From: Armatimonadota bacterium
Lineage (GTDB): Bacteria; Armatimonadota; SYMT01
Direction of reading: 5' to 3'
DNA length: 64,000 bases
Assembly (NCBI GenBank): GCA_041690135.1
Contig: JAWLHY010000001.1
Coordinates: 192,001-256,000, forward strand
Shown: positions 17,647 to 26,315 of the stretch, in pieces
Layout of the letters: the number at the start of each line of letters is the position of its first letter
Position numbering within the stretch: position 1 is the first letter of the stretch
The notes under the pieces: generated by a model
What the model was told of the DNA's origin: nothing
The model's input: the letters and a program-made list of their open reading frames with translations, nothing else
The model's database searches: none
Translations under genes and position numbers: made by a program

Positions 17647-19194
17647 TTAAGGCCGGGGCAGGTAGAACAGGCCGGTGCGGGCGCCGACCCAGACGCCGCC
17701 CCCCGCGACCGGATGGAGTGCCTGGAGTTCCGTATCGAGGAATTCGATCCGGTCGTTGAGGCGGAGCACGCCGGCCGTACTCACTTTCCAGAGACCCCGG
17801 CGGGTGGTAACCAGGAGTGAGTTCCCTCCGGCGGAGGCGATAGCCGTGACGTTTTCTCCCGCCAACTCTGGTACCGACACCCAACGGTCGCCATGATACC
17901 GGACCAGGCCTCCGACGAAGGTCCCCGCGTAGAGGCTATCCCCGCGCGCGTGAAGGGCGGTGATCCAGTCGTCCGTCAGGCCGTGCCGCTCGTCGTGCCA
18001 GCGGACCGTGCCGCGGGAGCGCGAGACCTCCGCAATGCCGCGGCCCTGGGTGCCGACCCACATGCGGTCGCCGCGAGGAAGCAGGGCGGTCACCGGCAGG
18101 CCCTGGAGATCCGGCAGCTTGAGGGAGTGCTTCCAGGCCTGGCCGTCGAATTCGCTCCACCCGCCCCATTGACCGGCGTAGAGGCGTTTCCCGTCCGTGG
18201 TGAGCACAGAGACCTGCCGGCGAGGAAGCCGGAACACCTCCCGGCGCCAGCCTTCCGGGGTCCAGCGGTCCACCTTTCCATTGCCGTGCCGCAGGTAGAG
18301 GGCATTCCGGAAGACGGCCATCTGCCGCGGCGCGTTTGAAGAGAGCAGGGGGGAGCCTACCCGTGACCAACGGTCTCCGGCCTTGACCACGAGCCCCTCC
18401 TCCAGCGTACTCACGAACAGCCGACCCTGAAACTGTGCGAGGGCCTGGCAGTTGTGGTCCTGCGGGCCGCCGGGCATGGTGACCGGCTCGACCCTGGGGC
18501 CGCGACTCCGCCACAGGCCATGACGCGCGGTGCCGATCCAGAGGGTGCCGTCCTGTTTTGCCAGCGCCGTGATTTCTCGCGCCGGCGCAGGGAGCGAGGG
18601 GCCGGCGGGCTTCCATGCGGCTCCGTTCCAGGCGTAGAGGCGATCGCCGAACGAGGCCGCCCACAGCTCGCCGGGCCGTGGCAGCAGGGCACTCAGGTGG
18701 GTACCCGTGCCCGGAGGCATGCCGACGTCGCGCCAACCCGCGCCGGTTTCCATCCGCAGGCCGGCGAACGTGGCGGCACACCGGCGACCCTGCCAGCGGG
18801 TGGTGCAAAGGGTTCCTTCCAGCGCCGCATTGATGGGCTTCGACTCCCGCGTCTCTTCGTGACGCCACTGGCCGGCGTGCCACACGGCGTGGGAGCGGGG
18901 GAAGACGGCCCGGACGCCGGGCTCTCCGGGAAGGAAGGCCCGTACCTCGTGCGAGGGGAGCCCCTCCGCGCGAGTGAACCGGGTCCACTGCCCCTGGGGG
19001 CTTCTTCGCAGAATGCCTCCCGCGGTTCCGACCCACAGCGTACCCTCCGCCTCCGCCCACAGGGCCGTCACCCGGCGGGTGCTGGTGAACACCTGGACCG
19101 GTGCCCCGGCCGGTCGGGTGTCACCGCCGGCCGGGGGTAGGGGAGCCGCCCCGAGCACGGCTCCCAGTCCCAGCAGCAACAGGACCCGCGTCAT
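17647..19194 (-). CDS. Secreted beta-propeller protein (two-component regulator propeller-like repeats)
   Basis: Signal peptide; repeated LWVGT.GG / GL..D.ITAL blades. Confidence 0.8.
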   Translation of the reverse strand: MTRVLLLLGLGAVLGAAPLPPAGGDTRPAGAPVQVFTSTRRVTALWAEAEGTLWVGTAGGILRRSPQGQWTRFTRAEGLPSHEVRAFLPGEPGVRAVFPRSHAVWHAGQWRHEETRESKPINAALEGTLCTTRWQGRRCAATFAGLRMETGAGWRDVGMPPGTGTHLSALLPRPGELWAASFGDRLYAWNGAAWKPAGPSLPAPAREITALAKQDGTLWIGTARHGLWRSRGPRVEPVTMPGGPQDHNCQALAQFQGRLFVSTLEEGLVVKAGDRWSRVGSPLLSSNAPRQMAVFRNALYLRHGNGKVDRWTPEGWRREVFRLPRRQVSVLTTDGKRLYAGQWGGWSEFDGQAWKHSLKLPDLQGLPVTALLPRGDRMWVGTQGRGIAEVSRSRGTVRWHDERHGLTDDWITALHARGDSLYAGTFVGGLVRYHGDRWVSVPELAGENVTAIASAGGNSLLVTTRRGLWKVSTAGVLRLNDRIEFLDTELQALHPVAGGGVWVGARTGLFYLPRP

Positions 19195-21725
19195 GGGTTC
19201 GTCTCCCGCATATCGACGGTGATGGTGGTGCGGTTATGCGCCCGGTCCGTAATGACATAGGTAACGGCCCACGGTTGCCCGCGATACGCCGCTGGCACGG
19301 TCACGCGCGCCCCAAAGCGGTCCCCCGAGGGGGCGAGCAGCACCTTTTCGCCCCATGGAAGGAGCGCAGCGACCCGGGCGGCGTCCGCGCCGGCTTCGAC
19401 CTGCAGGGATGCCATCTCGCCCGCGGGTCCCAGGCGACGCACGCCTCCGACTCCCGCCGGCGCCGTGAGATCGACGCCGTACTTCACCGCGATGACCCTT
19501 CTCGGGCCGGAGCGGGGGACGATGATCACCCGGACGATGTACTCCCCCTCGGCGGCATAGGTGGGAATGTCGAACCGCACCTCCCAGCCCCGCGAGCTCG
19601 GGACGTAGGCCAGGCGCTTCACCTCACCATCCGGCATCACCGCCACCACGTGGAGTGCGTCCACCGGTGCTTCGACCCGGATGAGCGGATCGCCCGTTTG
19701 CGCCGCCAGCAAGCCCCCGGCGGTGTAGGGATTGACCCCTTCCGGCGTTTCCACCGGCACTCCCACGCGGGCCGGATCGCCGCCGGGAGTCTTCCGCTGC
19801 TCTTCCACTGCCACAAAGCTGGTGAACTGCGTCACGAGGCGGTATTCGACCCCCAGTTGGGTGATCCGGGCCTTGAGCGGATCGGGGAAGCTGCCGTTCT
19901 GCAGGCCGGCCGGATCCTGCTGCATCAGGTGCTTGACGTGAGCGCGTGCCCAGAGAGCGGGCAGCGCCTCGTGGCTCCGTTCCGCGGCGGCGGGCGCGAT
20001 GCGGACCTTCCGCTCGAAGGCGCCCCGCGCGGTGCGTCCCCGGAGGGTGAGCGTGCCCCGGGGCTCGCCGCGCAGCCGGCCGTGGACCATCAACGGGCCC
20101 ACGCTGAACAGGTCCGGGATGGCTGCCGGAAACACGTCGCTGACCTGGAGTTCTCCCCAATCGAGGCGGATGTCCGTGAGCACGGGAGCCTGGATCCGCT
20201 CCTGGAAGCGGCGGACCGCGGCGTCCGCCTCCGAGTCGAGGGTGACGTACTCCACCTCTCCCCGGCCGGCGTGGGCCATGCCATCGAGCAGGAAGCGGTT
20301 CACGCTGCTCCCGATCCCGAACGAGAAGACGCGGGCGACGCCGGCATTCTTCCGGACTGCGGCGATGATCTCAAAGTCGTTGCCGACGTAACCGTCCGTC
20401 ATGAAGCAGACCACCCGCAGCCGCTCCGGGTCGCGTCGGCCCTCCAGGGCGGCCAGGACCGCGGGCATCATCTCCGTGCCTCCGGAGCCGGTGAGGTCGC
20501 CGAGGTAACGGCGCGCCCGCTCGCGGTTGGCGGGGGTGTTGCGCACCGGTCGCTCGAAGCAGCGCCCCATGCCGCCGGAGAAGCTCAGCAGGTTGAAGGT
20601 ATCGTCCGGCCCCATCTTCTCGATGCAGAGGCGCATCGTGTCCTTGGCCTTTTCGATCGGGAAGCCTTCCATTGAGCCGCTGCGATCGATCACGAAGATC
20701 ATCTCCCGCGGCCGGGCCTGGCGGGGTGTCACACGACGCGGCGGCTGCAGCACGAGCGTAAAGAACCGTCCGCGCGGGTCTTCGTGGACCAGCAGGGCGT
20801 CGGTGACCTCGTCCTTTACGGTCCGGTAGCGGAGGATGAAGTCCTTGTTCGGCAGCGTGGCCCGGTCCTTCAGGCTGACGACCGCGTGCGACGGGTCGGG
20901 CCGCTGGATGTCGACCTCATGGCTCGGGCACCGGATGTCGAAGAGCTCCGTGCCGGGGTCAAGGCGCACCGAGAGGCTGATGTCGTGACCGGCCCGCATC
21001 TGCGGCGGAAACGCCCCGGGTGTGATGCGGGAAGCATCCGGCACCCGGCCGGTGTCCGCCGCCACGCCGGTGCCGGTGCGGCCGGAGGGTTCCCCGGGAA
21101 TGTAGCGCGGCCCCACGACCATGGGAAAGACCAGCTCGTAGACGCCGTCATCGAACTTCAGCGTCTCCACGTAGGCGATCTCGATATCAATCGTGGCTCC
21201 GGGCTCGATGTTCGCCACTGCCTGCGTGAAGATGTTGGGTCGCTCCTGGTCGAGGAGACTGGCCACGTGACCGGCGCGCTTGGCGGTTTCGTAGACCTTC
21301 CGGGCCTGCTCGCGCGGCTTGACCTTGCCGACGATGCGGCGCTGGCCCACGGTCATCACCATCTCATCGACCGCGCTCTCCTGGGGCAGCGGAAAGATGT
21401 AGACGGCCTCGATCTTGCGATCCAGCGGGTTGGTGAATGTCTGGCGTACCCGGGTCCGCGCCACGTAGCCGCTGACCTGTGTCTGCACATCCGTGTGTTT
21501 CAGGGGGCAGGCGCCCACGGGTTTGCCCCGGTCCAACAGCCGGAGCTCTCCGCCCGTCGCCTTCTGGCTCTCCTGCCCCTCTTTCGTCGGGCTGGACGCG
21601 GCCGTTTCCGCCCGGGCCGCTCCCGAGTTCTCGCGGCCGCCTTCCCGCCCACCCGGACCCAGGCCGAAGGCCAGGAGCCCGTGAAGGAGAAGGACAAACC
21701 CCCATCCCAGGTACGTGCGTTTCAT
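19191..21725 (-). CDS. Secreted VIT + von Willebrand A domain protein
   Basis: PLKHTDV...F.NP...IEAVY.FPLP VIT domain; FVIDRSGSM MIDAS, GGTEM, FMTDGYVG; stop overlaps the propeller gene start. Confidence 0.9.
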   Translation of the reverse strand: MKRTYLGWGFVLLLHGLLAFGLGPGGREGGRENSGAARAETAASSPTKEGQESQKATGGELRLLDRGKPVGACPLKHTDVQTQVSGYVARTRVRQTFTNPLDRKIEAVYIFPLPQESAVDEMVMTVGQRRIVGKVKPREQARKVYETAKRAGHVASLLDQERPNIFTQAVANIEPGATIDIEIAYVETLKFDDGVYELVFPMVVGPRYIPGEPSGRTGTGVAADTGRVPDASRITPGAFPPQMRAGHDISLSVRLDPGTELFDIRCPSHEVDIQRPDPSHAVVSLKDRATLPNKDFILRYRTVKDEVTDALLVHEDPRGRFFTLVLQPPRRVTPRQARPREMIFVIDRSGSMEGFPIEKAKDTMRLCIEKMGPDDTFNLLSFSGGMGRCFERPVRNTPANRERARRYLGDLTGSGGTEMMPAVLAALEGRRDPERLRVVCFMTDGYVGNDFEIIAAVRKNAGVARVFSFGIGSSVNRFLLDGMAHAGRGEVEYVTLDSEADAAVRRFQERIQAPVLTDIRLDWGELQVSDVFPAAIPDLFSVGPLMVHGRLRGEPRGTLTLRGRTARGAFERKVRIAPAAAERSHEALPALWARAHVKHLMQQDPAGLQNGSFPDPLKARITQLGVEYRLVTQFTSFVAVEEQRKTPGGDPARVGVPVETPEGVNPYTAGGLLAAQTGDPLIRVEAPVDALHVVAVMPDGEVKRLAYVPSSRGWEVRFDIPTYAAEGEYIVRVIIVPRSGPRRVIAVKYGVDLTAPAGVGGVRRLGPAGEMASLQVEAGADAARVAALLPWGEKVLLAPSGDRFGARVTVPAAYRGQPWAVTYVITDRAHNRTTITVDMRETNP

Positions 21726-21914
21726 ACGCCCTCCTTGAAAACAAACTTTAGTTTGATTTAGACGCGCGCAGAATCGCCCCAGGTGTGCGTGGGGAGCGGT
21801 TCCGACCGGGATCAGTGGCGGTCGGCGGGGCGGCGAAACGCGCCGGTGTGAACTCTGCTGGGATAGTCCCAGGTCCGCAGCGGCGAGTTCAACAATTCAC
21901 GAAGTTGTTTGGCG

Positions 21915-22991
21915 TCAGACCTTTGCGTAGAGGTTGAGGAGGCGGAGGAGGCTGCCGTTGGGGACGTACTCGTTCCTCTCGACCTTGCGGCCGTTGCCGG
22001 TGCGGCCGCGGTTCTCGAACAGGGCGAGCGCCACCTGGCGACCATCCGGATGGAGGTCCAGGTCGTATCCCGTGGGCCCGGGGATCGAGTGGTAGGTCTC
22101 CGCCTGGTCCGGTTTCCAGAACCAGACGGCCGCGCCACTCTGTCCTTCTCCGCAGCCGACGAGGGTGCCGTCCGCCAGAAAGCGGAGGGCGTTGATGAAG
22201 CCGTCCGCCTTCTCTTTGATCCGGAACTCCTGCTTCGTCTGTCCGGAGCGCCAGTCGAGCAGGAGCGCGCAGGGGGTGCCGGGGCAGAAGGTGTTGCTTT
22301 CGGCGTCGGCGAGGCCGGAACAGAGCAATCCCGACCCAGCGGCATCGAACGTGAGAGCGCGCACGCCGCCCACGTCTGCCAGGAAGTTTTCCTTGCGGGT
22401 GTGCAGCCGCTTTGCGTCCAGGTCCCGGACCGCCTTGCCCGTGGCGAGGTCCCACTCCTTCACGACCCCGAACAGGTCGCCGGTGACGAGCGACTTGCCG
22501 TCCGGGTGGAACGCGGCACTGTAGATATAGCCCGCATGACCTGCCAGGACCGGCCCCGGTTTCCCTTCGCGGGCGTGCCAGAGGCGCACGGTCCGGTCCA
22601 TGCCCGCGCTGGCCAGCCAGCGGCCGTCCGGGCTGAGGGCGAGGGCGCGCACCCATGAGGAATGAGCCTCTGTTACGCTCCACGCGCGCCGGACCCCGTC
22701 GGTGGTGTAGGTCCAGCCGCAGAGGTTGCCGTGGTAGTCGGCGGAGTACAGGCGGGCGGCCTGCGGATCGGGATCCACCACGAGACCGCCGATCCAGCTC
22801 GTGTGGCCGGGGGTGCTGATCTTCTGGTCGGTCTCCAGGTCCCAGCGGTGGAGCAGGGGCTCCAGCCCGCCCGCGAAGAGGTAGCGGCCGCAGGGGGAGA
22901 AGCGGAGGCGGGTGAGCTGCCGGTCGTGCTTGAACGACTTGCCGGGGTGGGCTTTGACGGGTTCCAGCATGGGGGACGTGCCGTTCGTCAC
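21915..22991 (-). CDS. WD40-repeat protein
   Basis: GH..WV..LA.SPDG..LASAG.D.TVRLW repeats. Confidence 0.88.
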   Translation of the reverse strand: MTNGTSPMLEPVKAHPGKSFKHDRQLTRLRFSPCGRYLFAGGLEPLLHRWDLETDQKISTPGHTSWIGGLVVDPDPQAARLYSADYHGNLCGWTYTTDGVRRAWSVTEAHSSWVRALALSPDGRWLASAGMDRTVRLWHAREGKPGPVLAGHAGYIYSAAFHPDGKSLVTGDLFGVVKEWDLATGKAVRDLDAKRLHTRKENFLADVGGVRALTFDAAGSGLLCSGLADAESNTFCPGTPCALLLDWRSGQTKQEFRIKEKADGFINALRFLADGTLVGCGEGQSGAAVWFWKPDQAETYHSIPGPTGYDLDLHPDGRQVALALFENRGRTGNGRKVERNEYVPNGSLLRLLNLYAKV

Positions 22992-24295
22992 GCCAGCACC
23001 TCCTGGATCGGCGGGCAGTCGTCCCGCACCACGGGGAGCGGCTGCTCGTTGTTGACGTACTCCGTCTTCGTCGGGTCGACACCCACGCAGCGGAAGACGG
23101 TGTGGAACAGGTGGCCCACGTCGTAGGGGGTGCTGTCGACCCAGGTGCCTTCCCGGTTGGTCTTACCGACGACGACTCCGCGCTTGATTCCGGCGCCGGC
23201 CAGCGCCAGCGACCATGCCTCGGGCCAGTGGTCGCGGCCGATCCGCTGATTGATCTTGGGTGTGCGGCCGAACTCGGACATCAGCACTACCAGCACATGG
23301 TCCAAAAGGCCCCGGTCGTTCAGGTCGTCGAGGATCGCGGCGAAGGGACGGTCGATCTGGGGAACCAGGTCGAGGTGCATGTTGAAATTGTCGCCGTGGG
23401 TGTCCCAGTGGTAAGAGGTGACCTGCACGAACCGGACCCCGGCCTCGAGAAGCCGCCGCGCCTGGAGCAGATGGCGGCCCAGGGGATGTGTGCCGTAGCG
23501 CTCCACATCGCGCGCGGCCAGTTGGGAGTCGTCGAAGAGGTCCTTGCGGCGCATCAACTGCTGGGCTGTCTGGTAGGAGTACTCGTAGGCGTCGACCTCC
23601 GAGGGGCGGCGGCCCTGCCGGAAGCGGGCATTCGCCTTCAGGCGCAGCGCGTTGCGGGCCTCGTCCACTTCTTCGGTGATTTTGCCGGGCCGGTGGATGT
23701 GGATCGGCGGTTTGCCGTCGCCCAGCGCCAGGGCGCCGTACTTCGCCCCCAGGAAGCCCGCGTGCTGGTAAATGAAGCCGCCGGATCCGGGCTTGATCCA
23801 GATGTAGGGCGGGAGGCCGTTCCGCGACTCCGGGGTGAGGTGAGTGACCGCGGAGCCCAGGTAGGGGTAGTCCACGCCGCGGTTCTTGGGATCCCCGCGC
23901 AGGATGCGGGGCACTCCCGTGGAGTGGTTTTCATCCTGGGTGCACATGCTCCGCACCACGGCAAGCTGGTGCATGCGCTTCGCCGTATGGGGCATCAATT
24001 CGCTGATCTGCACGCCCGGCACCGAGGTGGGGATCGCCCGGAACGGTCCGCCGTACTCCGTCCCCGGCTTGGGGTCCCAGCTTTCCAACTGGCTGATGCC
24101 GCCGTCCAGCCAGATCAGGAGCACCTGGCGTTCCTTCGCCTTCATCTCGGCGGCCAACGAAGGTCGCAGCAAGCTGCCCAGCCCGGTCAGGCCCGCCGTC
24201 GCGCCACCCAGCATGCCGAGGAGCTTCCGGCGGGAGAACCCATGTTCCGACGAGCGGCATTCGTAGGGACGCTTTTCAGTCTCTGTATGGACCAA
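22988..24295 (-). CDS. DUF1501 family protein (Tat-type signal)
   Basis: SRRKLL; LIWLDGGISQLESWDPKP, LQARRLLEAGVRFV, WDTH, SEFGRTPKIN, GRDHW. Confidence 0.9.
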   Translation of the reverse strand: MVHTETEKRPYECRSSEHGFSRRKLLGMLGGATAGLTGLGSLLRPSLAAEMKAKERQVLLIWLDGGISQLESWDPKPGTEYGGPFRAIPTSVPGVQISELMPHTAKRMHQLAVVRSMCTQDENHSTGVPRILRGDPKNRGVDYPYLGSAVTHLTPESRNGLPPYIWIKPGSGGFIYQHAGFLGAKYGALALGDGKPPIHIHRPGKITEEVDEARNALRLKANARFRQGRRPSEVDAYEYSYQTAQQLMRRKDLFDDSQLAARDVERYGTHPLGRHLLQARRLLEAGVRFVQVTSYHWDTHGDNFNMHLDLVPQIDRPFAAILDDLNDRGLLDHVLVVLMSEFGRTPKINQRIGRDHWPEAWSLALAGAGIKRGVVVGKTNREGTWVDSTPYDVGHLFHTVFRCVGVDPTKTEYVNNEQPLPVVRDDCPPIQEVLA

Positions 24296-24307
24296 GGCTT
24301 CCGATCC

Positions 24308-26221
24308 CTAATGGTTGAGGCGGAACTCCGCGGAGGCGAGGAGGGCCCAGGCCAGCTCACCGATGGCCTGAGAGCGGCGCTGCGCGTGCTTCTCCAGGTA
24401 GGCCCGGACCTCGGCCGATTCCTCCGCGGTGGGGCGGCGGGTCAGCACGGAGAGATAGAGCTCCTCGGCCAGGGCGGCGGGGTCGGCTAGCTTCTGGAGA
24501 CGGTCCGCGAGGTTGCCGTTCCGCGGCTCCAGCCACCGGAGGACCAGCTTCTCGTTCATCAGGAACAGCGAGTGGGCCATGGAAGGCTGGAACTCCACCT
24601 CCGGCTCGCCGGGCGGGTTTCCGAAGACGGCGGCGAAGAGCTCCAGCGTGTCCGGCAGGTTCGCGGGCGGCTCGGCGCGGAGGTCATTGCTGTAGTCCTT
24701 ATAGGTGAAGCGGGATTTCTCGGGAACGCCGGCCTTCATCACCTCGGGTAGCGTGCCGGTGGCCTGCATTACGCTCCAGGCGAGCTGTTCGGCCGAGAGC
24801 GGCTTGAGGAGGCCCAGGCGGTAACTCTGCGGCGGCACCTTGGCAACATCGATGCCCGCGGGCGCGCGGCTGGAGCGTTGGTAGGTTTCGCTGACTGCGA
24901 TCTCCCTTAGGAGACGCTTCACGTCGAAACCACTGGTGGCGAACTCCCGCGTGAGGAGGTCCAGCAACTCCGGATGCGAGGGCGGGTTGCCGGAGTGGTC
25001 CATGTCGAGGGGGTGGACGAGTCCCCGCCCCATCATCAGGAACCAGAAGCGGTTGACGCTGGTCCGCACGAAGGCGCGGCTCGCGGTGGCGGTGAGGTCG
25101 CTGGCCAGGATCTGCCGGGCGCGGAACTTCGGCACGCCGGGGAGCCCGTCGTGAGGCGGTTGCTCGAACTCCTGCCCCTTCGGGAATGTGGGGACGGTCA
25201 ATTCCATTCCCCCGAGCAGGCGGGGTCCGGTTGCGTGCTTCGTATCCGGCGTGAAGACGGAGGCGAACTCCACCTTTCCGGTGGGGGCCGCCTCGACCAG
25301 CAGAGTCTCGTTCGTCTTCGCCACCTTATGGAGCTTGCTCTGGCCGAGGTAGGCGTAGAGCCCGAAGTAGTGCGCCTGCTTGTAATCGGTAACCGTGGGA
25401 TGGTCGTGACACTGGGCGCAGCCCAGGTTCATGCCCAGGAACAGGCGGGCCACATCCTGGGTCATCCGGTGCGGATCGCCCTGCCGCCCGTCCGCGAAGA
25501 AGCGCAGCGCGGGACGGACGCGCGGGTCGGTCGTGTCCGCGGCGACGATCTCCCGGACCAGCTGGTCCCACGGCTTGTTCGCGGCGAAGGAATCGCGCAG
25601 ATAGCGATTCCACTCCGCGGTCGGAACCACATCCCCGGTGCGCCGCTCCATCAGGGCGACGGACATTGCCTGCTCCAGGCGACGGGCGTAGTCCGGGCTG
25701 GCGAGGAGACGGCTGATGAGCCGCTCGCGGCTCGGATAAGGATAAGGATTACGATTAGGCCTGGGAAGCGCCGTGTGCCTAGCGGCCCCTCCTTCCTGCC
25801 TCTTGGTTCCCGCACCCTTCGTGCTTTTCCCCGACCCCTGGCCCCCGGCCCCTAATCCCTGACCCATGGCCGCCGACCCCCGACCCCCGGCCGCTGGCCC
25901 CCGACCCCCGGCCCCTCGCTCGCCGGCGCATTCGGCGAGGAAGGCGCGGGCTTCCGCGGGGGTGGGGATGGAGCCGGTGAGATCGAGATAGACCCGCCGG
26001 AGGAATTCTTCATCGGAGGCCACCGGCGCCAGGGGGCCCTGGGCACTTTTGGCGACCAGTTGATCGATCTGCCGGTGGAGGGGAGAAGGGAGCGGGATAG
26101 TCGTGCGTGGAGGCGCGGAATGTGGAAGGGTGGAGGGGCGAGGGGCAGCCGGAGCACCCGATGGCGCCAGGAAGATGCAGCCGGCGCTAAGGGCTATGAG
26201 TTGGCTTTTCCAGAGAATCAC
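24308..26221 (-). CDS. DUF1549/DUF1553 (PSCyt2/PSD1) protein with CxxCH motif
   Basis: FLRRVYLDLTG.IPT, FLGMNLGCAQCHDHP, VNRFW..MGRGLV.P.D, NPPSHPELLD, LLASAEF..NH; start codon uncertain. Confidence 0.88.
   Translation of the reverse strand: MILWKSQLIALSAGCIFLAPSGAPAAPRPSTLPHSAPPRTTIPLPSPLHRQIDQLVAKSAQGPLAPVASDEEFLRRVYLDLTGSIPTPAEARAFLAECAGERGAGGRGPAAGGRGSAAMGQGLGAGGQGSGKSTKGAGTKRQEGGAARHTALPRPNRNPYPYPSRERLISRLLASPDYARRLEQAMSVALMERRTGDVVPTAEWNRYLRDSFAANKPWDQLVREIVAADTTDPRVRPALRFFADGRQGDPHRMTQDVARLFLGMNLGCAQCHDHPTVTDYKQAHYFGLYAYLGQSKLHKVAKTNETLLVEAAPTGKVEFASVFTPDTKHATGPRLLGGMELTVPTFPKGQEFEQPPHDGLPGVPKFRARQILASDLTATASRAFVRTSVNRFWFLMMGRGLVHPLDMDHSGNPPSHPELLDLLTREFATSGFDVKRLLREIAVSETYQRSSRAPAGIDVAKVPPQSYRLGLLKPLSAEQLAWSVMQATGTLPEVMKAGVPEKSRFTYKDYSNDLRAEPPANLPDTLELFAAVFGNPPGEPEVEFQPSMAHSLFLMNEKLVLRWLEPRNGNLADRLQKLADPAALAEELYLSVLTRRPTAEESAEVRAYLEKHAQRRSQAIGELAWALLASAEFRLNH
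25735..25921. repeat. Hexamer and heptamer tandem repeats inserted in frame in the DUF1549 gene
   Basis: GATAAG GATAAG GATTAC GATTAG, then about 13 heptamers (CCGACCC/CTGGCCC/CCGGCCC) at 25831-25921. Confidence 0.7.
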
Positions 26222-26315
26222 GTTCGTTACTGCGGATTGATGGGACTGGACGGCTCCCGATACCACCTTTCCAGACAGTCGCGAACGGCCGAAGTTGCGT
26301 GGAACCGTTCTTGTT

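Larger units (their letters stand above)
17367..17659. repeat. Right direct repeat of the island, interrupted by a MITE
   Basis: Matches 12461-12589 once 17397-17560 is removed; includes the last codons and stop of the 17647-19194 gene. Confidence 0.9.
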
